Notes under the pieces: generated by a model
What the model was told of the DNA's origin: nothing
What the model saw: the letters and a program-made list of their open reading frames with translations, nothing else
Databases searched by the model: none
Position numbers and translations under genes: made by a program
Part shown: piece after piece, positions 23,146 through 32,788 of the stretch
Numbering within the stretch: the first letter of the stretch is position 1
How the letters are laid out: every line of letters begins with the position of its first letter
NCBI GenBank assembly: GCA_003566885.1
Contig: PXBO01000048.1
Span: forward strand, 17,622 to 81,621
From: Opitutia bacterium
GTDB lineage: Bacteria > Verrucomicrobiota > Verrucomicrobiia > Opitutales > T3Sed10-336
DNA: 64,000 bases
Direction: 5' to 3'

Positions 23146-23570
23146 ATTCGATTTCGACGTTTGACCTTCCTTGCATACCGCGTGCCAGACCGGTCCGCCG
23201 GCGTTGACCGAACCCGTGTATGGACGTGCATCATACTGGAAAACCACTAGTTGTGTAACTCGTCAATTTCGGAACAAACGATTCCGCTCCGGCAATAGTG
23301 TGTCACACGGAAACATGTCGCCACCCGCACACGCGGCAGTCACGCTACACTCCCGGAGGAATGGTCGGGTTGGGATTAGGCGGGGCTCCGCCATAACCGT
23401 AGGGCATCGGCGAATCTGCGGAATTTCCGCACGATCGAATGCTTTAAAAGCCGAATGCCCGACCCGATCAGCGCCCGCGACACCCTCAGCGCCGGTCAGG
23501 CTTTTCCCAAGAGCAATCCAATATTACCAAAGCGCCGAAGTTTCCTTCGACAGCCCAAAGTGAACTCCGG

Positions 23571-24401
23571 TCAATCGACGCGGAAGGTCAAATTCGGGGT
23601 GTAGCTTTGACCGTCGGGCGGCGGATCGAAGGAGGCGAGCCGCTCGAACGCTTCCACGATCGAACGGTCGAAGGCATCACTGCCGGAGGAACGCACCACC
23701 TGGGCGCCGGTGATTCGGCCCTGGCTGGAAAGGGAGAACCGTACGGTGGCGCTCATGCCGGTGGTCGCTGAGGACGGCCGGTTCCAGGAGCGTTCGATGG
23801 CAACCCGCAGCCGGGCGAAATAGCGCTCCAACTCGCGCTGGTCACTGTCCGAAAGACGACTGACCAATTCCTGGTCGGTGGTGCTGGACATCACCGATTG
23901 CAGTTCCCGGCTGATGCGGGACGTGTCGATGCGCGGGGCTTGAATCTGCCGCGGTTGGGGCGTCGGTTGCGGGCGAGGCTGAGGTGTCGTCGGGGTACCG
24001 TGCTGCTGACGAAACTCCGCCAGCGAGATTCGCTCGGCTTGCGGCTCGGGTTCCGGGCGGGGCTGCTCAGGCCGGGGTTCCGGACGGGGCTGGGGTTCGG
24101 GCTGGGGTTGCGGTTCGGGCCGTGGACGCGGCTCGGTGGGAGGCAGTTCCACCTCCTGAAACTCAAACTCCGGCAGTTCAATCTGGCGCACCGGCCGCTC
24201 CGGTTCCGGCGGGGCCGCCGTGACTTCGGAAGTTTGGGAGGGCGGAGCAAACAATTCCAGGGTTTGGGCCAGCGGCTCCGGATCCCTCGGGCTCACCAGG
24301 TACCCGGTAAACAGCAACGCGAACAGGAGGAGGTGCAACACCACCGCAATACCGAATGCCTTGCCTGAACGATCACGCATACCTTTCCCAATAAACAACA
24401 A
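23571..24401 (-). CDS. tonB: TonB-family energy transducer
   Basis: It has an N-terminal TM segment, a Pro-rich spacer (PEPQPQPEPQPRPEPRPEQPRPEPEPQ) and a C-terminal TonB-like domain. It sits immediately downstream of exbD. Confidence 0.8.
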   Translation of the reverse strand: MLFIGKGMRDRSGKAFGIAVVLHLLLFALLFTGYLVSPRDPEPLAQTLELFAPPSQTSEVTAAPPEPERPVRQIELPEFEFQEVELPPTEPRPRPEPQPQPEPQPRPEPRPEQPRPEPEPQAERISLAEFRQQHGTPTTPQPRPQPTPQPRQIQAPRIDTSRISRELQSVMSSTTDQELVSRLSDSDQRELERYFARLRVAIERSWNRPSSATTGMSATVRFSLSSQGRITGAQVVRSSGSDAFDRSIVEAFERLASFDPPPDGQSYTPNLTFRVD

Positions 24402-24830
24402 CTACTGGCGAGAATCAACCTGAGTATCCAAACTGATTTTACTCAATCCACTGCCCATAATCAAGTTCAATAAATCCACCACGTCCTGGTAATCGACGGT
24501 GCGCGACGCCCGCACGTTCAGCACCACGTTCTCTCCGGAAGCCGCCAGGGTCTCCAGTCGCTGACGCATGCCCTCGTAATCCAGTCGTTCTTCACCATAA
24601 AAAAACATACCCGGTCCCTCTACCCCGACCGTTTGATACCGCACATCCGGCTGGGTACCGGGGGTCTCCCTCTCCTCCTCCCGCGGCAACTCGATGGGAA
24701 TGGTCTGTTCGAGCAGCGGCGTGGTGATCATGAAGATGATCAGCAGGGAAAACGCCAGGTCGATCAAGGGGGTCACGTTGGGTTCGGCCAACGCGGTCAA
24801 TCGAGGATTTCTGCGAAAAGTTCTGGCCAT
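24402..24830 (-). CDS. exbD: ExbD/TolR biopolymer transport protein
   Basis: 142 aa. NVTPLIDLAFSLLIIFMITTP is the family's TM signature. Confidence 0.9.
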   Translation of the reverse strand: MARTFRRNPRLTALAEPNVTPLIDLAFSLLIIFMITTPLLEQTIPIELPREEERETPGTQPDVRYQTVGVEGPGMFFYGEERLDYEGMRQRLETLAASGENVVLNVRASRTVDYQDVVDLLNLIMGSGLSKISLDTQVDSRQ

Positions 24831-24843
24831 GACCGCACGCGGA

Positions 24844-25605
24844 TCAGTCGCTCCACTCCCGCTTGCTCTCCATTTCGATCTGATCCGCCAGGGTGCTGGC
24901 GAAATTCTCCAGCTCGGCGATCATTTCCCGGGTGCGGGTCAGCAGGATATTGTACCCGAACACCGACGGAATGGCCACCAACAGGCCGGCCACGGTGGTG
25001 AGGAGGGCGCCCGAAACCCCCGGGGCCAACATCTGCAAGGTGGCGGTCGCCCGCAGAGCGACGGCGCCGAAAGCGTCCATTACCCCCCAGACAGTCCCCA
25101 GCAGCCCGAGGAAGGGCGCGCCGGTGACAATGCTGGCCAGGAAAACCATTCGCGACTCGTAAAGCGCACTGCCCCGGGTCACGCAACGCTGCAGCGCATT
25201 TTCCATATGACTGATTCGCAGCCGGTTGAGAGTTTCCGGATCCACCGATCCCGAATCCTCCACCCTCCGGTACGCCACGACCGCCTCATGGTACAAGCGG
25301 TTGTAGGGTATGCCCGGAGCCTGGGGCACCTGTTGGTCCAGCACGGAGGGACCGCTCATCAGCCGATCCTCAAAGGCCCGGTTCAATTCCCCCATGCGCC
25401 GCAAGTCGAAGTACTTGCCGATCATGATGGTCCAGGCGATCAGGCTGAAAAAAATCAGCGCCATCACGATCACCTTGCCCGCGACATTCGACTGCCCGAA
25501 GTAATTGATGATATTCGGGGTCGCCGTATCAGCCAGAACGGGAACCCAGGAAATTGCCTCGATCATATGGATCGAAACCATTGGACTATTTTCAGCGGCA
25601 TTCAA
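24844..25605 (-). CDS. exbB: MotA/TolQ/ExbB proton-channel protein
   Basis: 253 aa. The LLGLLGTVWGVMDAF...TTVAGLLVAIPSVFGYN signature is present. Confidence 0.9.
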   Translation of the reverse strand: MNAAENSPMVSIHMIEAISWVPVLADTATPNIINYFGQSNVAGKVIVMALIFFSLIAWTIMIGKYFDLRRMGELNRAFEDRLMSGPSVLDQQVPQAPGIPYNRLYHEAVVAYRRVEDSGSVDPETLNRLRISHMENALQRCVTRGSALYESRMVFLASIVTGAPFLGLLGTVWGVMDAFGAVALRATATLQMLAPGVSGALLTTVAGLLVAIPSVFGYNILLTRTREMIAELENFASTLADQIEMESKREWSD

Positions 25606-25723
25606 TCCCTAATAAGGGGCGGATTTCGGGAAATCCATGGATCGGCGCTTGCCGGCGTCATTCGTCCATGAATAAAGATTGAAGTTTCAGCCGCGGACGA
25701 TTTTTTTATAAACCACATTCCCT

Positions 25724-26839
25724 ATGAATTTTAAGGATCACACACTCGAAGAACTGGAAGCAAAGCGAAGCCGCCTTTCGTCGCTCTTGGCCCTGGTCGG
25801 CCTGGACGGATTTGTCGATCGAATCGTGACCCCCGTGGCCACCCGTTCGGGTCCGGGAGAAAACTTTACTCCCATCGACACCATTTCCGCCCTTGCCCAG
25901 CGCATCGGCGATGCGGCCGGCAAGAGCACCAATATCGAGGTTTACCCCAGGGAAACCCGACTGGGCGGCAACGGTCCGATCATGGCCAACGCATTGCTGG
26001 CCTCCGGCATGAAAGTCCGCTACGTCGGCGCCCTGGGAAAACCCAACGTCGATCCGGTCTTCCAGGAGTTCGCCCGCAAAACCGAAGCCGCTTCCATCGC
26101 GGACCCCGGACATACGGACGCCCTGGAGTTCAACGATGGCAAAATCATGATCAACACCACCGCCACCCTGGAAGAGGTGACCTACGAGAGCATTGTCGGC
26201 ACCATCGGCGAGGGAAAATTCTTCGACCTTTTCTCCCGGCTTGATCTGGTGGCCATGGTGAACTGGACCATGGTCCCGGCCATGACGGACATACTCAGTG
26301 CCTTCCTCGACCGGGTCCTGCCCAACCTTCCGTCACGCGACCAGCGCACCTTTTTCTTCGATCTCGCCGACCCCGCCAAACGTTCGGACAGCGACATCAA
26401 AAGCGCCCTGCTCACCATAAAACGTTTTCAATCGCATGGTAAAACGATCCTCGGCCTCAACCTGAAAGAGGCCCAGACCGTCAGCCGGATCCTGGGGATC
26501 GGCGACAGCGGAACCGACGAGTCCGGCCTCAAGAGCATGGCCTCGCGGATCCGGCAGGAACTCGGCATCAGCGTGGTGGCGGTGCATCCCCGTGAATGTG
26601 CCGTTTGCGCCACCCGGGAAGACACCTGGCACGTGCCCGGCCCCTACACTGAAAATCCCCGCACCACCACCGGCGCCGGGGATCACTTCAACGCCGGATT
26701 CACCGTGGGACAGGTTCTCAACATGAGTCCCCTCGCCTCCCTGACCCTGGGAGTCGTATTCTCGGGCTTCATGGTCCGCCAGGGCCGCAGTCCTTCCTTG
26801 AACGACGTCGACGCGTTCCTGCGAAACTGGAAAAACTGA
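25724..26839 (+). CDS. PfkB-family (ribokinase-like) carbohydrate kinase
   Basis: 371 aa with GGNGPIMANAL near the N-terminus and a TTGAGDHFNAGF signature-2 motif. Confidence 0.8.
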   Translation: MNFKDHTLEELEAKRSRLSSLLALVGLDGFVDRIVTPVATRSGPGENFTPIDTISALAQRIGDAAGKSTNIEVYPRETRLGGNGPIMANALLASGMKVRYVGALGKPNVDPVFQEFARKTEAASIADPGHTDALEFNDGKIMINTTATLEEVTYESIVGTIGEGKFFDLFSRLDLVAMVNWTMVPAMTDILSAFLDRVLPNLPSRDQRTFFFDLADPAKRSDSDIKSALLTIKRFQSHGKTILGLNLKEAQTVSRILGIGDSGTDESGLKSMASRIRQELGISVVAVHPRECAVCATREDTWHVPGPYTENPRTTTGAGDHFNAGFTVGQVLNMSPLASLTLGVVFSGFMVRQGRSPSLNDVDAFLRNWKN

Positions 26840-26858
26840 TTCCAAACCGCCGATCCCA

Positions 26859-27491
26859 ATGCAAAAGGGCACATTTATTTCGTTTGAAGGATCCGAAGGC
26901 AGCGGCAAGTCGAGCCAGATCGACCGCCTCGCCAGCTACCTGGAGAAAGAGGGTCACAGCATCGTGGTCACCCGCGAACCGGGCGGCACCGAAATCGGCG
27001 AGGAGATCAGGCACCTGCTCAAACACAGCGCCCACGGCAAGGATATGTGCCCGGAAACGGAACTCCTGCTCTTTGCCGCCAGCCGCGCGCAACTGGTGCG
27101 CCAGGTGATCGAGCCCGCGCTGCTGGAGAATAATATCATTCTCTGCGACCGATTCCTCGATTCGACCACCGTTTACCAGGGGGTGGCGCGAAAGCTGTCG
27201 AAGGATCCGGTCAACGTCATCAACAATTTCGCCGTCGGAAACCTCATGCCCGACCTTACCGTGGTGCTCGATGTGCCGGCCGAGGTCGGACTCGACCGGG
27301 TGCGCCGCCGGGTTTCGGATCTTCCGGACCGGATGGAGGAGGAAAACATCCAGTTTTACCGCATGGTTCGCGAAGGTTACCTGGTTCTGGCCAAGTCGTT
27401 GCCGGAACGTTTCCTGGTGGTGGACGGGACGGGTGACGAAGCCAGCATCGAAAAGGAAATCCGCGAGGCGGTGGCGGAACGCCTCGCCTGA
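26859..27491 (+). CDS. tmk: Thymidylate kinase
   Basis: FISFEGSEGSGKSSQ P-loop and VVTREPGGT are present, with conserved tmk-holB synteny. Confidence 0.95.
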   Translation: MQKGTFISFEGSEGSGKSSQIDRLASYLEKEGHSIVVTREPGGTEIGEEIRHLLKHSAHGKDMCPETELLLFAASRAQLVRQVIEPALLENNIILCDRFLDSTTVYQGVARKLSKDPVNVINNFAVGNLMPDLTVVLDVPAEVGLDRVRRRVSDLPDRMEEENIQFYRMVREGYLVLAKSLPERFLVVDGTGDEASIEKEIREAVAERLA

Positions 27492-27495
27492 ACCG

Positions 27496-28428
27496 ATGGA
27501 GGATTCAAAAGCCGCCAGAATACTGCTGCGGGCCGCGGAGGAAGATCGTTTCCCCCAAAGCGTCATTCTCACCGCCCGCGATTCGGTCGCCCTGGAGGCC
27601 ATGGCCGAACGCCTGGCGGCGCGCCTCTTGGAACTGGCCGCCCCGGCGGACGCCAAGGTTCCCTCTCTGCAAAACCACCCCGACCTTTTCACCTTGCGGC
27701 CTGCGAAAAAGATGCGGCAGATCTCCGCCGAGAACACCCGGGAACTGATTCGGAATATCCAGCATTCGCCCCGATTCTCCCGGAAGAAGGTCGCCCTGAT
27801 TCTCGAGGCCGAACGCATGCATACCGCGGCGTTCAATATTTTTCTCAAGACCCTGGAGGAACCCCCGGCCGATACCGTCATTCTCCTGGTCACCGCGCAA
27901 CCCTACGGGCTGCTGCCCACCATTCGCAGCCGTTGCCTGACCTTTCGTTTCCCCGACGGAGCGGAAACCAACCCGTCGCCGGCCGTGTCCGAATGGGTTC
28001 AACTTTACCGCCGCTGGCTCGATCGCCTGACAGCGGGAGTGCGCGACGCACAAACGGTATCCGCCGTCACCATGTCGGCCTTCGGCCTGTTGACCCGCTT
28101 CCAGGAAACCCTGGACGCGGAAACGAAGCAGACCTGGGAAACCACCAAAGCCAATCTCCCGTCCAATCTGGATGACGATCAGCACAACGCCCTGGAGGAG
28201 GGCCTTAAAGTGACGGTCCGCCGCCGGTTTCTCCTGGAAATCGAACGCGCCACCCACCGCCACGCCCGCGACATCGCCCAACGCGGGGAACCCCTTCCGG
28301 CCGCGGCCCTGGCGGAAGCCGTTTCGCACCTCGAAGCCTGTGCCGGGTTGTTGCGGGTCAATCTCAAGGAGCAGACCGCGTTGGAACATTTCCTCCTGTA
28401 TTCGTTACGTCTATGGGCAAGACGCTGA
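27496..28428 (+). CDS. holB: DNA polymerase III delta-prime subunit
   Basis: The ATG at 27496 lies 4 nt after the tmk stop. AAFNIFLKTLEEPPADTVILLVTAQPYGLLPTIRSRC is the clamp-loader box VII/SRC motif. The tracked start at 27271 overlaps tmk in another frame and is rejected. Confidence 0.8.
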   Translation: MEDSKAARILLRAAEEDRFPQSVILTARDSVALEAMAERLAARLLELAAPADAKVPSLQNHPDLFTLRPAKKMRQISAENTRELIRNIQHSPRFSRKKVALILEAERMHTAAFNIFLKTLEEPPADTVILLVTAQPYGLLPTIRSRCLTFRFPDGAETNPSPAVSEWVQLYRRWLDRLTAGVRDAQTVSAVTMSAFGLLTRFQETLDAETKQTWETTKANLPSNLDDDQHNALEEGLKVTVRRRFLLEIERATHRHARDIAQRGEPLPAAALAEAVSHLEACAGLLRVNLKEQTALEHFLLYSLRLWARR

Positions 28429-28462
28429 ACTATAAACCGGCCACAGACGGCCAACCAGAATT

Positions 28463-29014
28463 ATGAAGAACAACTATTTCCTCTCCATCGCCGTTTCCCT
28501 GGCGACCCTGCTCTCCCTCGTGCCATCCGTCCCGGGCGCCGCCGATACCCGGGCCGATGCCCAGGCTCTGGCCAACCGGGCCAACCAGGCCATGGTGGAA
28601 GAAGATTGGGAGGAAGCAAACCGTTTGCTCGATCGGGCGCTGGAACTGGCCGCGGACGCGCCCGAGCTTTGGGTCGGCAGTGCCTTCACCCTGATCCGTC
28701 TGGACAGGGTGGAAGCGGCGCGTGAACGCTACGAAACCGCACTGGAACTCTATCTCCAACGCGTCGAGGCCGCCCCCGAAAACGCGGGAATGATCATGAA
28801 CGTCGGGTACACGCTGGTGTTGCTGAATCGCCGGGACGAAGCCATCGAGTACCTGCACTCCGCGGCCGAACGGAATCCCAATCAGCCGATGTTTCGCAAC
28901 TTCGAAGACATCGTGGAAGGCCTGGAAGCCAATTTCTCGGAGTTCATCGTCCCGGAAGCGGAAGGCGAAGCGGCAACCGACGAAGAAGCCCAACCGTCCG
29001 GCCCGACGCAGTAG
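28463..29014 (+). CDS. Secreted TPR-like repeat protein
   Basis: 183 aa with a signal peptide, followed by helical repeats with a TPR-like A/L/Y/E pattern. Confidence 0.55.
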   Translation: MKNNYFLSIAVSLATLLSLVPSVPGAADTRADAQALANRANQAMVEEDWEEANRLLDRALELAADAPELWVGSAFTLIRLDRVEAARERYETALELYLQRVEAAPENAGMIMNVGYTLVLLNRRDEAIEYLHSAAERNPNQPMFRNFEDIVEGLEANFSEFIVPEAEGEAATDEEAQPSGPTQ

Positions 29015-29104
29015 CGGGCAGATTTCCGCTCGGGATGAGTCTGCCGGGTTGCAAACAGCTTCCAGCCGGTTTACGACTATTCTGAAATCCGCAACACAAG
29101 ACGA

Positions 29105-29473
29105 GTGTCATCATCCATTTCCCATAATCTGAAAACGCCACTGATTCTCGGCGCCATCGTGGTGATCCATGTGGCCATAGCCCTGTACCTGTTGCTGCCC
29201 CGGGGCAGCGGTTCCCGCGAGGCGGATACCCGGGAGGCGGAAAACGGCAGCACCCCGGAGGAAGTCGAAATCCAACCCGAACCCGACGAACCGCCCGAAC
29301 CCGCCTTCGAAACGTACACTGTGCAGCGGAATGACAACCTGACGGTCATCGCCCGCCGGCACGGGACTACAATTTCGGAGATTCGAACGCTGAACAACCT
29401 GACCAGCGACACCATTCACCCGGGCCAGGAGCTGCGCGTTCCCGCCCGCCCGGATTCCGGAAACGGGGAGTAA
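29105..29473 (+). CDS. Membrane-anchored LysM domain protein
   Basis: One TM segment (LILGAIVVIHVAIALYLLL) and the LysM block YTVQRNDNLTVIARRHGTTISEIRTLNNLTSDTIHPGQELRVP. Confidence 0.8.
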   Translation: MSSSISHNLKTPLILGAIVVIHVAIALYLLLPRGSGSREADTREAENGSTPEEVEIQPEPDEPPEPAFETYTVQRNDNLTVIARRHGTTISEIRTLNNLTSDTIHPGQELRVPARPDSGNGE

Positions 29474-29543
29474 CGCTCGGGTAACGGTCATAGGTTAACC
29501 CGAATGCCGCTCGGTTACGAGGCTTCTCGTTGAATCCCATTCC

Positions 29544-29585
29544 CACCTTTCACCTTTCACTTTTAACTTTTAACTTTTAACTTCC
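29544..29585. repeat. Six tandem degenerate heptamers straddling the M16 peptidase stop codon
   Basis: CACCTTT CACCTTT CACTTTT AACTTTT AACTTTT AACTTCC, read directly from the sequence. The stop codon (TAA on the minus strand) is at 29570-29572. Confidence 0.9.
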
Positions 29586-32167
29586 CCCTTCCCCTCCTCC
29601 GGGCGCACCACCAGGGATACTTTCCGGTCGTCCCGCAGGTAGCGGCGGGCGAAAGCTTGCAAATCGCCGAGCTCGACGGAATCCACTTGCCGGTCGTACT
29701 CCAGCCACTCGTTGGGCGGACGGCCATAAACGGCATTCAACCCGGCGAGAATGGCCCGGGATCCGTTGGTTTGCATACTGCTCCGCCGACGCGTTTTCAG
29801 CCGGATCCGGCAGCGCTCCAACTCCTCCAGGGTCGCCCCGCCCTCGCGGATGCGCCGCACCTCGTCCTCCATTTCACGCGTCACGGCAGCGACCGCTTCC
29901 GGGTGAGTCCCCGCATACAGATAGAACATCCCTTCCCGCAAACCGGTGGCCCGGCCCGACCCGACATAGTAGGCCAAACCGAGTTTTTCGCGAACCCGCT
30001 CGAAAAGCCGGCTGGACATTCCGCTCAGAAGCTCGTCCAGGACTTCGCCCGCGCGAAAATCGGCGTCCATAACACCACAATCGGGAAATCCCTGGAGCAC
30101 CACCGCCTGCTGTCTCGGCTGCGATTCAACAAACGTCCCGGGTTCGGGCGGACCGGCGAAGGAGATTCCGGCTGCCTCAAACGGCTCCGCCGGCAAACGC
30201 TCAAGCACCTCGGTCAGCGCATCCACGACTTGCCCGTCGGCGGCGCCAAAGTCACCGGCCACACTCAAAACCAGATTCTCCGGGCGCACCAGGCGACGGT
30301 ACTGCTCCGCCACATCCTCCAGACCGATGGCGGAGACCGTTTCCAGGGTGCCCGAGTCATCGACCCAGAGAGGATGGTCCCCGAAAAACCGGGCGCGAAG
30401 CCGTTTCATGGCAAACGAAAGCACCTCGTCCAGGTCCTCTCGAATGGAGGCGAGAAGGCTCTCCTTTTCACGCTGAAAAGTGTCTTCCTGGAACACCGGT
30501 TGACCGATCGCCTGATCCAGTAAATCGCATGCCAGACCGAGGTCGGACGGCATGACTTCCAAGGCCAGACCGAAACAGTTGTTACCCGAGAATTCCTCCA
30601 GGGCGCCGCCGATGGATTCGATGGTTTCCGCCACCTCCTCGGCCGACCGTTTTTTGGTGTCGCGGGTCAGGAGCGTGGCCAGCAGGGACGTCACCCCGCG
30701 CTTTTCCGGCGCTTCATAGGAGCCGCCGCCCATCGCAATCAGGCGCAGATGAATACTGGGCAAGCGGGAATCGCGTTGCGTCAACAGCCGCGCGCCATTG
30801 GCCAACGTCCGTTCCTCAAAGCGGGCGGCGACAGAACGTTTTCCGCCGGCCGCCTGGCCACTGGCCCGCGAAGCGGCCGGATTGAGGGAAACCATGGTCA
30901 AACGCTCCGGAATTAGATAACGCCGGCCCACCGCGACCAGGTCGGCGGGCTCGACCCGCATCAGACGTTGAAAATAGGAGCGTGAAAACGCGAGGTCCCC
31001 GGCGACCACTTCGGCCACCCCGAGTCGCGACGCCTGGCCGCTGACCGTTTTTCGCACGTTGATCTCCGCCACCAGTGCCTGCCGGATCGCCTTGGCCACG
31101 GCGGCCTCCGAGAAGCCTTCCCCCATCACCTGATCCAGAGTGGCGATGACCGCCTCGGCGGCCGCCTCGCGTTTTTCCGGATCGGAGGTGAAAGAAACAT
31201 CCATCAATCCGCCGCCGGCCGGTTTCCAGGTCATGGTGTCGATATCGTGCACCAGCCGTTTATCGTCACGCAGGCGCTTCCAAAGCAAGGAACTCTTACC
31301 GCTTCCCAGAATGGACGACAGGACGTCCAGCGCGGGCGCGTCTTCATGGTGCAGGCCGGGGATTTTGAAAGCGAGGGCGCAACGGGAGAGGTTGACCTCG
31401 CGAAAAACGTGTTCCTCCCGCCGGGAAATCTGCTCCGGTTCAAAGGGTTGCAGCACCGGGGCCAGCTTTTTCCGCTCGAATCCACCGAAAGCCTCGGTGA
31501 CGAGGCCCTGCGCCCGATCCGCATCCACATCTCCGCTCACCACCAGGACCACGTTGTTGGGAGCGTAGCGCGAACTCTGGTAGGCGATCAGGTCGTCACG
31601 GGTCAGCGCGGAAAAAACATCCCGGTACCCGATCACCGGATAACGGTAGGGATGTTCCCGGAAGGCCGTCGAGAACAGGGTCTGAACCAGCGTCCGGTCG
31701 GGGTCGTCATGGCCCATGTCGATCTCGCGCAGAATGACATCACGCTCGCGCTCGGTCTCGTCGGGCGGCAACACCGCATCGAAAACCGCATCCGCCAGCA
31801 CATCCAGCGCCACGTCGAGATGCTCCGAGGGCAGATCGATGTAATAGACCGTACGGTCGAAGGAAGTGTAGGCGTTCATATTGCCGCCGTGGCGTTGGAC
31901 TACGGCGGCGATCTCGGCTCCAGGACGTTTTCGGGTGCCCTTGAAAAGCATGTGCTCGAGGTAATGGGACAATCCCGAGCCTAGGTTTTCGCCCTCGTGA
32001 ATGCTGCCGGATTTCACCCAGACCTGAACCGATACCAAGGCCGCGGAATGGTCGGGTTTGATAATGGAAATCAACCCGTTATCGAGGGTTTCGCGCGAAA
32101 CCTGTTCTTCGAAAAACGGTTTCAGGAGCAGCTCGGAGTCAAAGCCCGGCAGATAAGAACGTGTCAT
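29570..32167 (-). CDS. M16-family (insulinase/pitrilysin-like) zinc peptidase, two-module fusion
   Basis: 865 aa. The HYLEHMLFKG (HxxEH) zinc motif is near the N-terminus, and the second half is a repeat of the M16 fold. Confidence 0.9.
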   Translation of the reverse strand: MTRSYLPGFDSELLLKPFFEEQVSRETLDNGLISIIKPDHSAALVSVQVWVKSGSIHEGENLGSGLSHYLEHMLFKGTRKRPGAEIAAVVQRHGGNMNAYTSFDRTVYYIDLPSEHLDVALDVLADAVFDAVLPPDETERERDVILREIDMGHDDPDRTLVQTLFSTAFREHPYRYPVIGYRDVFSALTRDDLIAYQSSRYAPNNVVLVVSGDVDADRAQGLVTEAFGGFERKKLAPVLQPFEPEQISRREEHVFREVNLSRCALAFKIPGLHHEDAPALDVLSSILGSGKSSLLWKRLRDDKRLVHDIDTMTWKPAGGGLMDVSFTSDPEKREAAAEAVIATLDQVMGEGFSEAAVAKAIRQALVAEINVRKTVSGQASRLGVAEVVAGDLAFSRSYFQRLMRVEPADLVAVGRRYLIPERLTMVSLNPAASRASGQAAGGKRSVAARFEERTLANGARLLTQRDSRLPSIHLRLIAMGGGSYEAPEKRGVTSLLATLLTRDTKKRSAEEVAETIESIGGALEEFSGNNCFGLALEVMPSDLGLACDLLDQAIGQPVFQEDTFQREKESLLASIREDLDEVLSFAMKRLRARFFGDHPLWVDDSGTLETVSAIGLEDVAEQYRRLVRPENLVLSVAGDFGAADGQVVDALTEVLERLPAEPFEAAGISFAGPPEPGTFVESQPRQQAVVLQGFPDCGVMDADFRAGEVLDELLSGMSSRLFERVREKLGLAYYVGSGRATGLREGMFYLYAGTHPEAVAAVTREMEDEVRRIREGGATLEELERCRIRLKTRRRSSMQTNGSRAILAGLNAVYGRPPNEWLEYDRQVDSVELGDLQAFARRYLRDDRKVSLVVRPEEGKGEVKS

Positions 32168-32185
32168 GGAGGATCTTCCCGAAAA

Positions 32186-32638
32186 TCAGTTGGCGTGATT
32201 GCCCTGCTCCTTGTTCGCACGGCCCTTTTCCCTTTGCAAGGTCCGCCGTTTCTTTTTCGGGAGGAAGGGCATCAGGAAGGCATCCTCAAAGTCGTACCCG
32301 CCGGCAAAATCGGACTTCCGGTCGTTTTCGGTTTTTCCGAGCACCCCGTACTCCACCAGTTGAAACACGATTTCCCCAAAATCCTCGCAGCGCCGGATGT
32401 TCCACTCGGAAAACACGGTCATGGCAAGCGGTCCGAACCGGTCCAGGGCGTACTCGCGGATGCCGTCGAGGAGTTCCATCCCGGTGACATGACGCCGATC
32501 GGTCCGGTCCTTTCCCCCGGCCTGCTCATTCAAGGTGTAGTCCAGGGCCTGGCGGACGAAATGGTACGCGTTTTTATCGAACCGGGAGTCTTCACGGTGA
32601 ATCAGGTCGAGAACTTCTGGAAAGTTGTCGGGTTCCAT
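32186..32638 (-). CDS. Minf_1886-family protein (PVC-restricted small conserved protein)
   Basis: 150 aa from the ATG at 32638; the alternative ATG is at 32722. DSRFDKNAYHFVRQALDYT...HVTGMELLDGIREYALDRFGPLAMTVFSEWNIRRCEDFGEIVFQLVEYGVL matches my memory of this family. The rest of the tracked 326-aa ORF is antisense to the Fur-family gene. Confidence 0.6.
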   Translation of the reverse strand: MEPDNFPEVLDLIHREDSRFDKNAYHFVRQALDYTLNEQAGGKDRTDRRHVTGMELLDGIREYALDRFGPLAMTVFSEWNIRRCEDFGEIVFQLVEYGVLGKTENDRKSDFAGGYDFEDAFLMPFLPKKKRRTLQREKGRANKEQGNHAN

Positions 32639-32788
32639 CTGGAGCCCACGGTAGCACAATGGATAATCCGCGTAAACCCCAACCTTGTGGGGTCTCGCCT
32701 TGAAGAGAATATTCGTTTGCATCCGGGAAAGACTCGGGTTACCTATAAATTTGAGTAAACACGGCCCACGCAAAGAAGATTCCGGTCC

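Noticed and set aside
24040-24180. Nucleotide-level short repeats (ggggttcgg/gggctgggg variants) inside tonB
   Set aside because: They simply encode the Pro-Glu-Pro-Gln spacer typical of TonB and are not an independent element.
26769-27893. 374-aa minus-strand ORF
   Set aside because: It is antisense to tmk and holB, both of which have strong signatures.
29544-29585. Possible CRISPR or other repeat array
   Set aside because: The units are only 7 nt, are contiguous without spacers, and partly lie within coding sequence. This is a microsatellite, not a CRISPR array.
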